Source: Candidatus Omnitrophota bacterium (GTDB lineage Bacteria; Omnitrophota; Gorgyraeia; Tantalellales; Tantalellaceae). Taken from it: DNA of 64,000 nucleotides. Under the pieces are notes generated by a model. The model was not told the origin of the DNA. It was given only the letters and a program-made list of their open reading frames with translations, and searched no databases. Below are positions 1-8,988 of the stretch, piece after piece. Within the stretch, counting starts at the first letter, position 1. Each line of letters starts with the position of its first letter. The stretch spans positions 63,239 to 127,238 of the forward strand of contig WJMH01000012.1 of the NCBI GenBank assembly GCA_014728045.1, given 5' to 3'. The position numbers and the translations under genes are program-made.

Positions 1-2
1 AG

Positions 3-911
3 ATGGACCAAGAAACGTTTATTCAGAGGCTGGCCAAGCAGAAGACATCCTATCTATTCATTGCTTTGCCCGCCATCCTTTTCTTTATCTTCCAGCTGGC
101 CCCCGTATTCATTTCCTTTTTCTGGTCTTTTACCAAGTATGATGTTGTACACGCGCCGCGTTTCGTGGGACTTGCCAACTACAAGAACATACTCTTCGAC
201 GATCCCCTTTTCTGGAAGGCGATCAGGAACACGGTTTTGTATGTTATAGGCGTTGTGCCGATCGGTGTGTGCATATCGCTCATGCTGGCGGTGGCCATAG
301 ACCAGAAGATCAAGTTCAAGAACTTCTTTAAATCGATCTTCTTTCTTCCGACGGTGACCGCAATAGTGGCCGTATCGGTCATATGGAAATGGTTGTACGC
401 GGGTGAGAAATACGGTCTGTTCAATTATTTTCTTCTGAAACTGGGGTTCCAGCCGATAGACTGGCTCGCCAGTCCCACCTGGACGCTGCCCTCGATAATG
501 ATAATGTCCATATGGGCCGGTGTGGGATACAACATGATTCTTTTTCTGGCGGGGCTCCAGACCATACCGCATGTCATGTACGAGGCGGCCGAGATCGACG
601 GGGCTGGTTTCTGGAAAAAGTTCTTCAACGTGACGCTTCCGCTTTTGAAGCCGACCATAGTATTCGTAAGCATGATGAGCTTCATATTCAGTTTTCAGGT
701 CTTCGAGCAGGTGTACATAATGACCGGCGGGCAGGGAGGAATAGGAGGAGTACTTAACAGTGGCCTTACCATAGTCGCGTACCTTTATGATAAGGGTTTC
801 CAGAAATTCCAGATGGGTTACGCCTCGGCTCTGGCATATATAATTTTTCTTTTGATCTTCATCCTTACGATGATCAATAAGAGGCTTATGAAAAGTAACG
901 TGGAATATTGA
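3..911 (+). CDS. carbohydrate ABC transporter permease (MalF/UgpA-type)
   Basis: Six TM segments. EAA loop 'EAAEIDGAGFWKKFFNVTLPLLKP' typical of sugar ABC permeases. ATG lies at nt 3, so the N-terminus may be complete. Confidence 0.85.
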   Translation: MDQETFIQRLAKQKTSYLFIALPAILFFIFQLAPVFISFFWSFTKYDVVHAPRFVGLANYKNILFDDPLFWKAIRNTVLYVIGVVPIGVCISLMLAVAIDQKIKFKNFFKSIFFLPTVTAIVAVSVIWKWLYAGEKYGLFNYFLLKLGFQPIDWLASPTWTLPSIMIMSIWAGVGYNMILFLAGLQTIPHVMYEAAEIDGAGFWKKFFNVTLPLLKPTIVFVSMMSFIFSFQVFEQVYIMTGGQGGIGGVLNSGLTIVAYLYDKGFQKFQMGYASALAYIIFLLIFILTMINKRLMKSNVEY

Positions 912-939
912 TATTGTTACGGAAAGGGAACAACAAAAC

Positions 940-1788
940 ATGGGACATGAAGTAGGTATCAGGAAAGATTCACTCACCGTAAAGACATTCATATACATGT
1001 TTCTGATAGCCGGTGCTCTGACGATGGCAGTTCCGTATGTGTGGATGTTCATCACTTCCATCAAACCGTTGTCGGAGATACAGTCCTATCCTCCCAGCTT
1101 CATCGTGAAGAATCCGACACTGGAGCCGTACAGGGACCTTTTCAAGATGGTTCCCATGGTAAGGTATCTGTTCAACAGCCTTTTTGTCGCCGGGTCGATA
1201 ACCCTGTTCAATGTTTTCGCGACCTCTCTTGCCGGTTACGCCTTCGCCAAGCACAAGTTCTGGGGCAGGGACAAGCTTTTCTTCATATTCCTGGGTTCAC
1301 TGATGATACCCTGGCAGGTCAATATCATCCCGGGGTTCGTCATAGTCAAGAAACTCGGCTGGCTAAACACCTACAGGGGGCTTATAATACCCTCGATGGC
1401 ATGGTGCGCTTTCGGTATATTCCTCAACAGGCAGTACATATACAGTATACCCGACGACCTGATCGACGCGGCCAAGATAGACGGCTGCAGTGAATTCATG
1501 ATTTACCGGAACGTGATACTTCCTCTTATCAAACCGGTCGTGGCGACACTGGCCATATTCACGTTCCTGCAGCAGTGGAACAATTTTGTATGGCCGCTGG
1601 TCATAATACATACAAGCGACATGAGGACGATACCTCTGGCGCTGGCTGTACTTACCGGACAGTTCGGCGCGAATTTCGCGATGGTGATGGCAGGAGCCGT
1701 TATTGCCACACTGCCCATGCTCGTCGTATATCTGATGTTCCAGAAGTACATAATCAAAGGTATAGCGATGACGGGCCTTAAAGGATAA
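940..1788 (+). CDS. carbohydrate ABC transporter permease (MalG/UgpE-type)
   Basis: EAA motif 'DAAKIDGCSEFMIYRNVILPLIKP' and TM topology. Immediately downstream of the first permease. Confidence 0.85.
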   Translation: MGHEVGIRKDSLTVKTFIYMFLIAGALTMAVPYVWMFITSIKPLSEIQSYPPSFIVKNPTLEPYRDLFKMVPMVRYLFNSLFVAGSITLFNVFATSLAGYAFAKHKFWGRDKLFFIFLGSLMIPWQVNIIPGFVIVKKLGWLNTYRGLIIPSMAWCAFGIFLNRQYIYSIPDDLIDAAKIDGCSEFMIYRNVILPLIKPVVATLAIFTFLQQWNNFVWPLVIIHTSDMRTIPLALAVLTGQFGANFAMVMAGAVIATLPMLVVYLMFQKYIIKGIAMTGLKG

Positions 1789-1803
1789 AATAGAAAGGAT
1801 AAA

Positions 1804-3426
1804 ATGAAAAAACTCTCTTTATACTTCGTTTTTCTGATAATGATTTCACTTGTCGCGGCAGGCTGCGGCGGAGAGGCAAAGATGGAAGAGCCGGAGGCCG
1901 CTTCTGTCGAAGAGGTGACCGTCGAGACCGTTGAGGTGACCGAAGAAGGACCTCTGGTATATCTGGATGTCACTGATGCCGAAGCCTCAAGCTTTGACAA
2001 AACACCGGACTGGGCGCCCGAACCGAACCCGATGGCTCCCGTGGACGGGGATATGCTCACCCGCTGGTCAAGCGATTATACCGAAGGCGACCAGTGGATC
2101 TATTTCGATCTTGGGAGTAAAAAGGTCGTAAGTAACGTTATTGTTCGCTGGGAAAGGGCCTACGCCACCGATTACCAGATACTGGTATCCAACGACGCTG
2201 AGAACTGGACGATAGTATATGAGGTCAAGAACAGCCGCGGCGGGGACGTGGAAGCCGAGTTCGCTCCGGTCAAGTGCCGTTATGTTATGATTCTCGGCCA
2301 GGAAAGGGTCAACGAGGACTGGGGCATATCCATGTGGGAAGTCGAGATCTATGGTCCGCAGGATCGGAATCCTGAAGCCGACGTGACCAAACAGGAGTAT
2401 CTTTCCAGGGGTGACGACCTGAGCAAGAAGAAAGAGGCCGAAAAGGTTCTTTCAGGGCTTGCGGCCAAACCCGTGCCCATAAGCGAGCAGGAATTCCAGG
2501 AGGGTGTCGTATATACTTCCTGGATGGCCGAGGAGTTTACCAAACCTGTTTCCGACCTTACTCTGGCGGAGCTAAAAAAGATAGGGTATGATACGATAGC
2601 GATAATGGTACCCGCTTATCAGGAGGAGCTTAATTCCACTGAGATATTCACCAACGACTATCCGGGCGGCGACACGCCCACTGACGAGGCGCTCGTCCAT
2701 GCCATAAAGACATGCCACAGGATCGGTCTTAGGGTATTGCTGAAACCCCACGTTGATCCCAGAACGGACGAGGCGAGGATAAACATCATGCCTTCGGAGA
2801 AGTGGTTCGACAGTTACGAGAAGTTCGCTCTCAGATACGCCCGCATGGCGCAGGAGAACGGTGTTGAAATTTATTCTGTGGGTACCGAACTGGAGGCGAC
2901 CACTTTCTCGGCGTGGGCGCACAGGTGGGACCAGATCATCGCCAAGGTCAAGGAAGTATATGACGGTCTGCTGACGTATTCAGCGAACTGGACCGAATAC
3001 AAGGAGGTCCCTTTCTGGGACAAGATGGATTTCATAGGGTTGGACGCGTATTTCCCGCTGGCTGAGGTGGATAACCCTTCCCAGGAAGACTTGGTGCTGG
3101 CATGGGAGGCGATCGCCGATGAAATAGAGACCTGGCTCGGTGAAAGAGGGCTTACCGGAAAGGGCGTGATCCTAACGGAGATAGGATATCCTTCGGCTGA
3201 GGGTGCAGCGCGCCAGCCGTGGGTGGCAATATCCAGTGTCGAGGATCAGCAGGCCCAGGCGGACTGTCTTGACGCCACTTTCGAGGTGTTGACAAAAAGG
3301 CCCTGGTTCAAAGGTTATTATATCTGGCAGTACTTTCCGCAGGAAAGATGGAGCCCTCTCGGGTTCACCGTCAAGGGAAAGAAAGCCGAAGAAATAATTA
3401 AAAAGTGGCTTGAAAAAGTCGAATAA
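1804..3426 (+). CDS. lipoprotein: F5/8 type C (discoidin/CBM32-like) domain fused to a TIM-barrel clan GH-A-like glycoside hydrolase
   Basis: Signal peptide plus lipobox 'AAGCGG'. Discoidin-like block 'WSSDY...WIYFDLG...WEVEIYG'. C-terminal barrel with candidate acid/base 'VGTELE' and nucleophile 'LTEIGYPS'. Paralog of 5111-6244. Confidence 0.55.
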   Translation: MKKLSLYFVFLIMISLVAAGCGGEAKMEEPEAASVEEVTVETVEVTEEGPLVYLDVTDAEASSFDKTPDWAPEPNPMAPVDGDMLTRWSSDYTEGDQWIYFDLGSKKVVSNVIVRWERAYATDYQILVSNDAENWTIVYEVKNSRGGDVEAEFAPVKCRYVMILGQERVNEDWGISMWEVEIYGPQDRNPEADVTKQEYLSRGDDLSKKKEAEKVLSGLAAKPVPISEQEFQEGVVYTSWMAEEFTKPVSDLTLAELKKIGYDTIAIMVPAYQEELNSTEIFTNDYPGGDTPTDEALVHAIKTCHRIGLRVLLKPHVDPRTDEARINIMPSEKWFDSYEKFALRYARMAQENGVEIYSVGTELEATTFSAWAHRWDQIIAKVKEVYDGLLTYSANWTEYKEVPFWDKMDFIGLDAYFPLAEVDNPSQEDLVLAWEAIADEIETWLGERGLTGKGVILTEIGYPSAEGAARQPWVAISSVEDQQAQADCLDATFEVLTKRPWFKGYYIWQYFPQERWSPLGFTVKGKKAEEIIKKWLEKVE

Positions 3427-3447
3427 AACAAGAAGGAGGATGTTAAC

Positions 3448-4038
3448 ATGAAGAAAGTAGCATTAACTCTAGCGGTATTAGGCCTTCTGTTCGCTGGTAC
3501 GGCCGTACATGCACAGGAACAAACTGTTCTTTTCAGTTTTGAGGATGGTTTGCAGGGATGGGAGATCCCGGACTGGGCCTACGAGAAACCTGATCACGTC
3601 CAGAAGGAGATAAGCCCTTCTGCTGATTTCGCCAGCGAAGGCGCTCAGAGCCTGAAGATGGACGTGGAATACCCGGGCGGAAGATGGACAGGCGGGATAG
3701 TCGAGATAATGCAGTATTTCGACTGGACCGATTACAGCAAAATAGCCTGTGACATATATCTTCCCAAGGATGCTCCTCTGGGGCTGAGGGCTAAGATGAT
3801 ACTGACCGTGGGGGACAGCTGGAAATGGGTGGAGATGAGCCGTTCTTTCGGTCTCGTTCCCGGCCAATGGGTCACCCTTACGGCGGATATAACCCCGGGA
3901 AGCATTGACTGGAGAAGGATCCAGGTCGATGAATCTTTCCGCGCTGATATAAGAAAGATAGATATAAGGGTTGAGTCCAATAACAGGCCGGCTTATACCG
4001 GTCCGATCTATATCGATAACGTTCGCGTTATCAAGTGA
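3448..4038 (+). CDS. secreted beta-sandwich (CBM-like) protein, paralog A
   Basis: Signal peptide 'MKKVALTLAVLGLLFAGTAVHA'. About 45% identity by eye to the product of 4197-4913 over 'YLPKDAPLGL...DNVRV'. Confidence 0.4.
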   Translation: MKKVALTLAVLGLLFAGTAVHAQEQTVLFSFEDGLQGWEIPDWAYEKPDHVQKEISPSADFASEGAQSLKMDVEYPGGRWTGGIVEIMQYFDWTDYSKIACDIYLPKDAPLGLRAKMILTVGDSWKWVEMSRSFGLVPGQWVTLTADITPGSIDWRRIQVDESFRADIRKIDIRVESNNRPAYTGPIYIDNVRVIK

Positions 4039-4080
4039 TCCGGTTGACCTGTCATTATTGGGAAAGACCATGAAGCAAGA

Positions 4081-4123
4081 GGGCAGAGACCGGTGGATAG
4101 ACCGGTCTCTGCCTGCTGTTTTG
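4081..4123 (+). terminator. hairpin, possible intrinsic terminator or attenuator between the two CBM-like paralogs
   Basis: Perfect 13-bp stem GGGCAGAGACCGG/CCGGTCTCTGCC with a 6-nt loop, followed by TGCTGTTTTG. Confidence 0.4.
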
Positions 4124-4196
4124 ATGTGTTAACAGCTCCTTTTTGCAAGGCTATTAATAAAACAGGCAAGGTAGGGAAAAGGAAAGGAAAAAGAGA

Positions 4197-4913
4197 ATGA
4201 GTAAAATTCGTTTTAATGTTCCGGTTCTACTGGTGGCAACACTTCTTGTATTTACCGTTATGATAGCCGGTTGCGGCCCCCAGAAAGAGGAAGGTCCCGC
4301 CACCGGAGGTAAGACGATAAAAATATCGAAGAAAGCCGCCTCCCAGACCCAGATGCCGGAAAGGCCGACGCCTTCCACGGCGCCTATTACCGAGACAAGG
4401 ATCTACTACGATTTCGAAAGCGACCTTAACGGATGGGAAGTACCCATGTGGGCGCAGGGCAAGAGGGATCATATCGCCAAGAGCGCGGAGGTTTCCACGG
4501 AAGTGGCCTCCCACGGCAAAGGGAGCATGAAGATAGAGGCGGATTTCCCGGGAGGCATGTGGTCGGCGGCCCTGGTCGAGATACAGCAGTATCTTGACAT
4601 GAGCAATTACCGGGTGATAAGGGCAGATGTCTATCTTCCCCCGGATGCGCCGATGGGGCTTAACGCCAAGCTCATAATCACGGTGGGCGAGACCTGGAAG
4701 TTCGTCGAAATGAGCCGCAGTTATCCCTTGATACCGGGCGAATGGGTGACGATAAACGCCAGCATAGAACCAGGAAGCTACGACTGGAAGAGAGTGGTCC
4801 CGGACGAGAAATTCGCCGAGGATGTACGCAAAATAGCCGTAAGGATAGAATCTAACAAGAAACCTAAGTACACCGGTTCTGTATTCGTGGATAATATCAG
4901 GGTTGGCAGATAG
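4197..4913 (+). CDS. secreted or membrane-anchored beta-sandwich (CBM-like) protein, paralog B
   Basis: N-terminal hydrophobic anchor with lipobox-like 'IAGCG', a Pro/Thr-rich linker, and a C-terminal domain paralogous to 3448-4038. Confidence 0.4.
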   Translation: MSKIRFNVPVLLVATLLVFTVMIAGCGPQKEEGPATGGKTIKISKKAASQTQMPERPTPSTAPITETRIYYDFESDLNGWEVPMWAQGKRDHIAKSAEVSTEVASHGKGSMKIEADFPGGMWSAALVEIQQYLDMSNYRVIRADVYLPPDAPMGLNAKLIITVGETWKFVEMSRSYPLIPGEWVTINASIEPGSYDWKRVVPDEKFAEDVRKIAVRIESNKKPKYTGSVFVDNIRVGR

Positions 4914-5110
4914 TATCCGCTGATAGATATATCCATTTTGGTCGGTTTGCTGTTACGGAACGGACTTGTTAGCCCGGGGAGAGGTCCTGTAAGGATCTTT
5001 CGTGATCTGTGATATATTCTTTTTTTTGCCCGGTTAGTTTCTACATTTATAATCCGGGCGGAAGAAGTTTAAAAAACGTTTGAAAAATCATTCTACGAAA
5101 GGAAAAGATC

Positions 5111-6244
5111 ATGCCTAAGAAAAAATCCCAAGAGAAACCGAAAGAGAAAGGACAGGCCAAAACAGCGGCAAAAAAATCTTCCAAAAACCTTTTTCTGAAG
5201 GTGTTGATACCCGTTGTCGCGGTCGTAGTGGTTGCCGCGGCCGCATTCACACTTATCAAATTTGTGCCGCAGGGCACCGGAGTAAGGGCGGAGTTCCAGA
5301 AGGGGATAGGATACGTAACCTGGTCGCAGGGAGGCTACCTTACCGAAAATTCTGACGAGTCCCTAGCAAAGGCCAGCCAGATCGGGACCGAGTGGGTCAG
5401 CATTCTGGTCACCTGGTACCAGACGACGCCCTGGTCAGGTGATATACAGAGGACCTCCAAGACCCCTTCCGACGAAGCGGTGGTGCATGCCATACGCAAG
5501 GCACACGAGCTGGGTCTGAAGGTATGCCTCAAGATGCACCTGGATCTGTTGGATACCTCCGACGGCAGCTGGAGAGGCGAGATAGGCAGCATGAGGGAAT
5601 CCGAATGGGACGATTGGTTCAGGAAATATACCGAATATATCATGTATTACGCAAAGATGGCCGAAGAAGAGGATGTCGAGATGCTTTGCGTGGGGACGGA
5701 GCTGTCGACCACCGCCACAGCCAAGGGATATATGTGGGAAGACCTGATCAGGACCGTGAGGGGTTCTTTCTCGGGACTATTGGTATACGCGGCGCACTGG
5801 GACCGGTATCTTGATATCCGGTTCTGGCATATGCTCGACTTTGTCGGGATAAACGCGTATTTCCCGCTTACCGAAGAGATGGCCCCCAGTTACGATGAAT
5901 TGCGCGAGGGTTGGAGCAAATGGGTCGCGGAGATCGAGGATTTCCAGGAAAGAGTGGGTAAACCGATCATTTTCCCGGAGGCCGGTTGTAATTCCGCCGA
6001 CGGCGCGGCTATACGACCATGGGAACACATCCCAAGGAGCGAAGTAAATCTTCAGCTGCAGGCGGATTATTACAGGGCCCTCCTGGAGGAATTCTGGGAC
6101 AAGGAATGGTTCTACGGCCTGTACTGGTGGTACTGGGGCACTAACGCTAGCATGGGCGGTAAATATAACCGGGGTTTTACGCCGCAGAACAAGCCGGCCG
6201 AAGAGGTCATACAGAAATGGTACTCCAAACCGGTTTCGAAGTAA
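5111..6244 (+). CDS. membrane-anchored TIM-barrel glycoside hydrolase (clan GH-A-like), paralog of the 1804-3426 catalytic domain
   Basis: Lys-rich N-terminus plus one TM helix. 'VGTELSTT' and 'IIFPEAGCNS' align to 'VGTELEAT' and 'ILTEIGYPS' in the paralog. Shared 'NAYFPL' motif. Confidence 0.5.
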   Translation: MPKKKSQEKPKEKGQAKTAAKKSSKNLFLKVLIPVVAVVVVAAAAFTLIKFVPQGTGVRAEFQKGIGYVTWSQGGYLTENSDESLAKASQIGTEWVSILVTWYQTTPWSGDIQRTSKTPSDEAVVHAIRKAHELGLKVCLKMHLDLLDTSDGSWRGEIGSMRESEWDDWFRKYTEYIMYYAKMAEEEDVEMLCVGTELSTTATAKGYMWEDLIRTVRGSFSGLLVYAAHWDRYLDIRFWHMLDFVGINAYFPLTEEMAPSYDELREGWSKWVAEIEDFQERVGKPIIFPEAGCNSADGAAIRPWEHIPRSEVNLQLQADYYRALLEEFWDKEWFYGLYWWYWGTNASMGGKYNRGFTPQNKPAEEVIQKWYSKPVSK

Positions 6245-6287
6245 ACTATCCAGCGTGTCGCTTGAAAATATGTGAAGGAGTATTCAC

Positions 6288-7547
6288 ATGAGGGAGTTCA
6301 TAGCAAAGGAGAATAGGCTCTCCGAGAAGGAGAGAAGGAACCTGAGCATTCTCGATGCCATACGCAGAGGAGGGGAGATATCCAGGGCGGAGATATCCAA
6401 AGTGACCGATCTGAATATCGTTACCGTTTCAAATTATGTCAGCAAGTACATAAAGAACAAGATCGTCTTTGAAACGGGTCTTGATATCTCCACCGGCGGA
6501 AGAAGGCCGGAGCTTCTCAAGCTGAACGGAGATTACGCCTACAGTATAGGCATAGACCTTGGTTCGCCTCATCTTACCATTGACGCGGCGGTCGTGGGGG
6601 TCCTGATGGATATGACCGGCAAGGTGATCGCCCAGGAGAAGGTCCCCAAGGAAAAGGAATCTTTCGAAAAGCTCACCGAGAGAGTGCTCGGCATGGTCGA
6701 CGACCTCATACGCAAATCAGGTGTTTCCCCTTCGGACATAAAGGGTATAGGCGTAGGCATATGGGGTGTTATCGACCGTTACCGGGGGATGGTGCGTTAC
6801 GCGGTCGAGAACGAACAGATCGTAAGTTATACTAACCTCCTGAGCCAGCTGGAGGCCAGGTTTGACGCCCCGACGCTTATCGAGCATGATGCCACATTGG
6901 CAGCTTTCGGGGAAAGATGGTCGGGTATTGGTGCCGGGAGTTCTGCATCCAACCTGATTTTTCTGTGTTCCGATTCAAGCTGCGGGCTCGTCATAAAAGG
7001 GGATCTCTACTACGGAGCTACGAAGAGCGCAGGGGAGCTCAATCTGAATCCTCCTTATCCTGGGGAGGAATCAAGCCCGGACAAATGCTGGGCGAGTTAT
7101 GATTACGGATGCTGTCTGCGTTCCAGGGGGCTGGACCTTGGTATACCCGACCGGATCAGGAGTTATCTCGGGGAGCATCCCGGGGAAGGCAAGGCAATAA
7201 TGGAGGCCTGCGGCGGGGATGCTGAAAGAATAGATTTCAGGACCGCAATAGAGGCTGCCGAAAAAGGGGACGACCTTGCAAGACTGACCCTTGAGGATGC
7301 AGGGGACTATCTCGGCACCAAAATAGCTTTTTTGATAAACCTTTTTAACCCCGAGGTGGTCGTCGTCGGCAGGGGCATTGAGAAAGCGGGAGATATATTC
7401 TTCTCTTCGGTGCGCAGGGCCGTTAGAAAGTGGGGTTACGAAGAATCGGTAAAGGTCGTCAAGATACTACCGACCAGCCTGGGCGATAACGTTGTCAGTG
7501 TCGGCGCCGGAGCCCTGGTCATACAGAATCTATTCGCTGAAGTGTAA
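6288..7547 (+). CDS. ROK-family transcriptional regulator (NagC/XylR/Mlc-like)
   Basis: N-terminal winged HTH 'ISRAEISKVTDLNIVTVSNYV' followed by a sugar-kinase-like ROK fold with Gly-rich and Cys-containing segments. Confidence 0.7.
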   Translation: MREFIAKENRLSEKERRNLSILDAIRRGGEISRAEISKVTDLNIVTVSNYVSKYIKNKIVFETGLDISTGGRRPELLKLNGDYAYSIGIDLGSPHLTIDAAVVGVLMDMTGKVIAQEKVPKEKESFEKLTERVLGMVDDLIRKSGVSPSDIKGIGVGIWGVIDRYRGMVRYAVENEQIVSYTNLLSQLEARFDAPTLIEHDATLAAFGERWSGIGAGSSASNLIFLCSDSSCGLVIKGDLYYGATKSAGELNLNPPYPGEESSPDKCWASYDYGCCLRSRGLDLGIPDRIRSYLGEHPGEGKAIMEACGGDAERIDFRTAIEAAEKGDDLARLTLEDAGDYLGTKIAFLINLFNPEVVVVGRGIEKAGDIFFSSVRRAVRKWGYEESVKVVKILPTSLGDNVVSVGAGALVIQNLFAEV

Positions 7548-7563
7548 AGAGAAGGAGAGGAAC

Positions 7564-8799
7564 GTGTTGCTAAAAAAGATAATAACATCATTAATTCTGT
7601 CCGTTTTTGTTTTTTCATTATCCGGTTGTGGCGCAGGCGCGGAGAAAAAGGACCAGATAGTCATGTGGCTTGTAGGGTCCGAAGGCCAGGCCCAGACCAT
7701 AACCCAGCTCAGCAAGAAGTTCACCGAAAAGACCGGTGTCGAGGTCCTGTGCCAGGCCATATCCTGGGGCGATGCCCACAGCAAGTACCTTACTTCCATA
7801 GCCGGCGAAGTTACTCCCGACATAGGGACCATGGGGCTGACATGGGGCATGGAGTTCGGCGAACTGGGTGCCATGGTCAATTTGCGTGAAACTTACCCGG
7901 AAGACGTCGAAGAGCTTGAGACTAAGATATTCCCCAGCATCCTTGAATCCACCAGAGTGGGCGATAAAGTATACGGCATACCTTTTGACCTGTCGGTGCA
8001 GATCATGTACTACAGGAAAGATATGATACCGGAGCCACCCAGGACCTGGGATGATCTTCTCCAGACGATAAAGGGGCTGAAGTCAAAAGAGAAGGGAATG
8101 GTGTATGACTGGGGATCGCTTGAGTGGATAGGTTATTCTCCCTTCCTCTGGCAGTCGGGAGGAAGTTACTACAATGATGATTTCACTCAGGTGACGCTGG
8201 ATACCCCCGAGGCCGCGGAGGCCATGGGTTATTTTGCCAGTTTATATAAGGCGGGTATGCCGAAAACACAGGTTCCGCTCGAGCAGGGAATGAGGACGGG
8301 GGATTATCCTCTGGCGATATCGGGTAACTGGAAGATCGTGAGCCTTACCGTGGGTGCTCCCGAGCTGGAAGGCAAATGGGGCATAGCCATGCTTCCCAAG
8401 GGACCCACCGGCAAGCGCACCGCTTTCATCGGCGGAAGGATACTCGGTATATTCTCAAGATCCAAAATGAAGGACGAGGCATGGGAATTCATCAAGTTCC
8501 TTTTCAAGCCCGAGAACCAGATCAGGATATATGAGGATTCACTCGAGACAGAAGATTCGTATCTTCCTCCCAACATGGATACCTGGAGCGACCTGCCGAT
8601 GGACCAGGAATTTAAGCGCGTTCTGGTGAGCCAGGCCAAGGACGCCAAGGGACCACCGCCTGTTCTGGCCTGGGATTCAAGCACGAGATTCATTAACCAC
8701 GCCATACAGATGGTGGTATTAAAGGGCGCAGATCCGGCCGAACAGCTCGAGAAAGCTACTGTAAATATGCAGAAAGAACTTGAACAGAGAGGCAGATGA
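7564..8799 (+). CDS. ABC transporter extracellular solute-binding lipoprotein (family 1, sugar-type)
   Basis: GTG start after RBS GGAGAGG (the ORF track starts at 7492 inside the ROK gene). Lipobox 'LSGCGAG'. Typical SBP length and composition. Confidence 0.75.
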   Translation: MLLKKIITSLILSVFVFSLSGCGAGAEKKDQIVMWLVGSEGQAQTITQLSKKFTEKTGVEVLCQAISWGDAHSKYLTSIAGEVTPDIGTMGLTWGMEFGELGAMVNLRETYPEDVEELETKIFPSILESTRVGDKVYGIPFDLSVQIMYYRKDMIPEPPRTWDDLLQTIKGLKSKEKGMVYDWGSLEWIGYSPFLWQSGGSYYNDDFTQVTLDTPEAAEAMGYFASLYKAGMPKTQVPLEQGMRTGDYPLAISGNWKIVSLTVGAPELEGKWGIAMLPKGPTGKRTAFIGGRILGIFSRSKMKDEAWEFIKFLFKPENQIRIYEDSLETEDSYLPPNMDTWSDLPMDQEFKRVLVSQAKDAKGPPPVLAWDSSTRFINHAIQMVVLKGADPAEQLEKATVNMQKELEQRGR

Positions 8800-8822
8800 T
8801 CTAAGCGCGCATCACTTATCCA

Positions 8823-8855
8823 AAGGGCGGCTTTCTAAGCCGCCCTTTTTTTATA
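8823..8855 (+). terminator. intrinsic terminator after the uptake locus
   Basis: AAGGGCGGC-TTTCTAA-GCCGCCCTT followed by T8. Confidence 0.75.
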
Positions 8856-8988
8856 AATTACCTAGAAAAAACAACTTACAAAATACGTTAGTCAATAAAA
8901 AGCTAGTTTTTTTAGTTGATGTTAGGCTAAAAAATTGTTATTATGCATTAGGAGATAAAATATTCAGTAAAAGGCAAATTACGCATTT

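Noticed and set aside
54-1064. 336-aa minus-strand ORF across the first permease gene
   Set aside because: Antisense to an ABC permease with a clear EAA motif and TM topology. The composition is typical of a shadow frame.
7492-7563. 5' extension of the SBP ORF into the ROK gene (ORF track start 7492)
   Set aside because: The extension lacks a signal peptide and an RBS. The GTG at 7564 is preceded by GGAGAGG and gives a proper lipoprotein signal.
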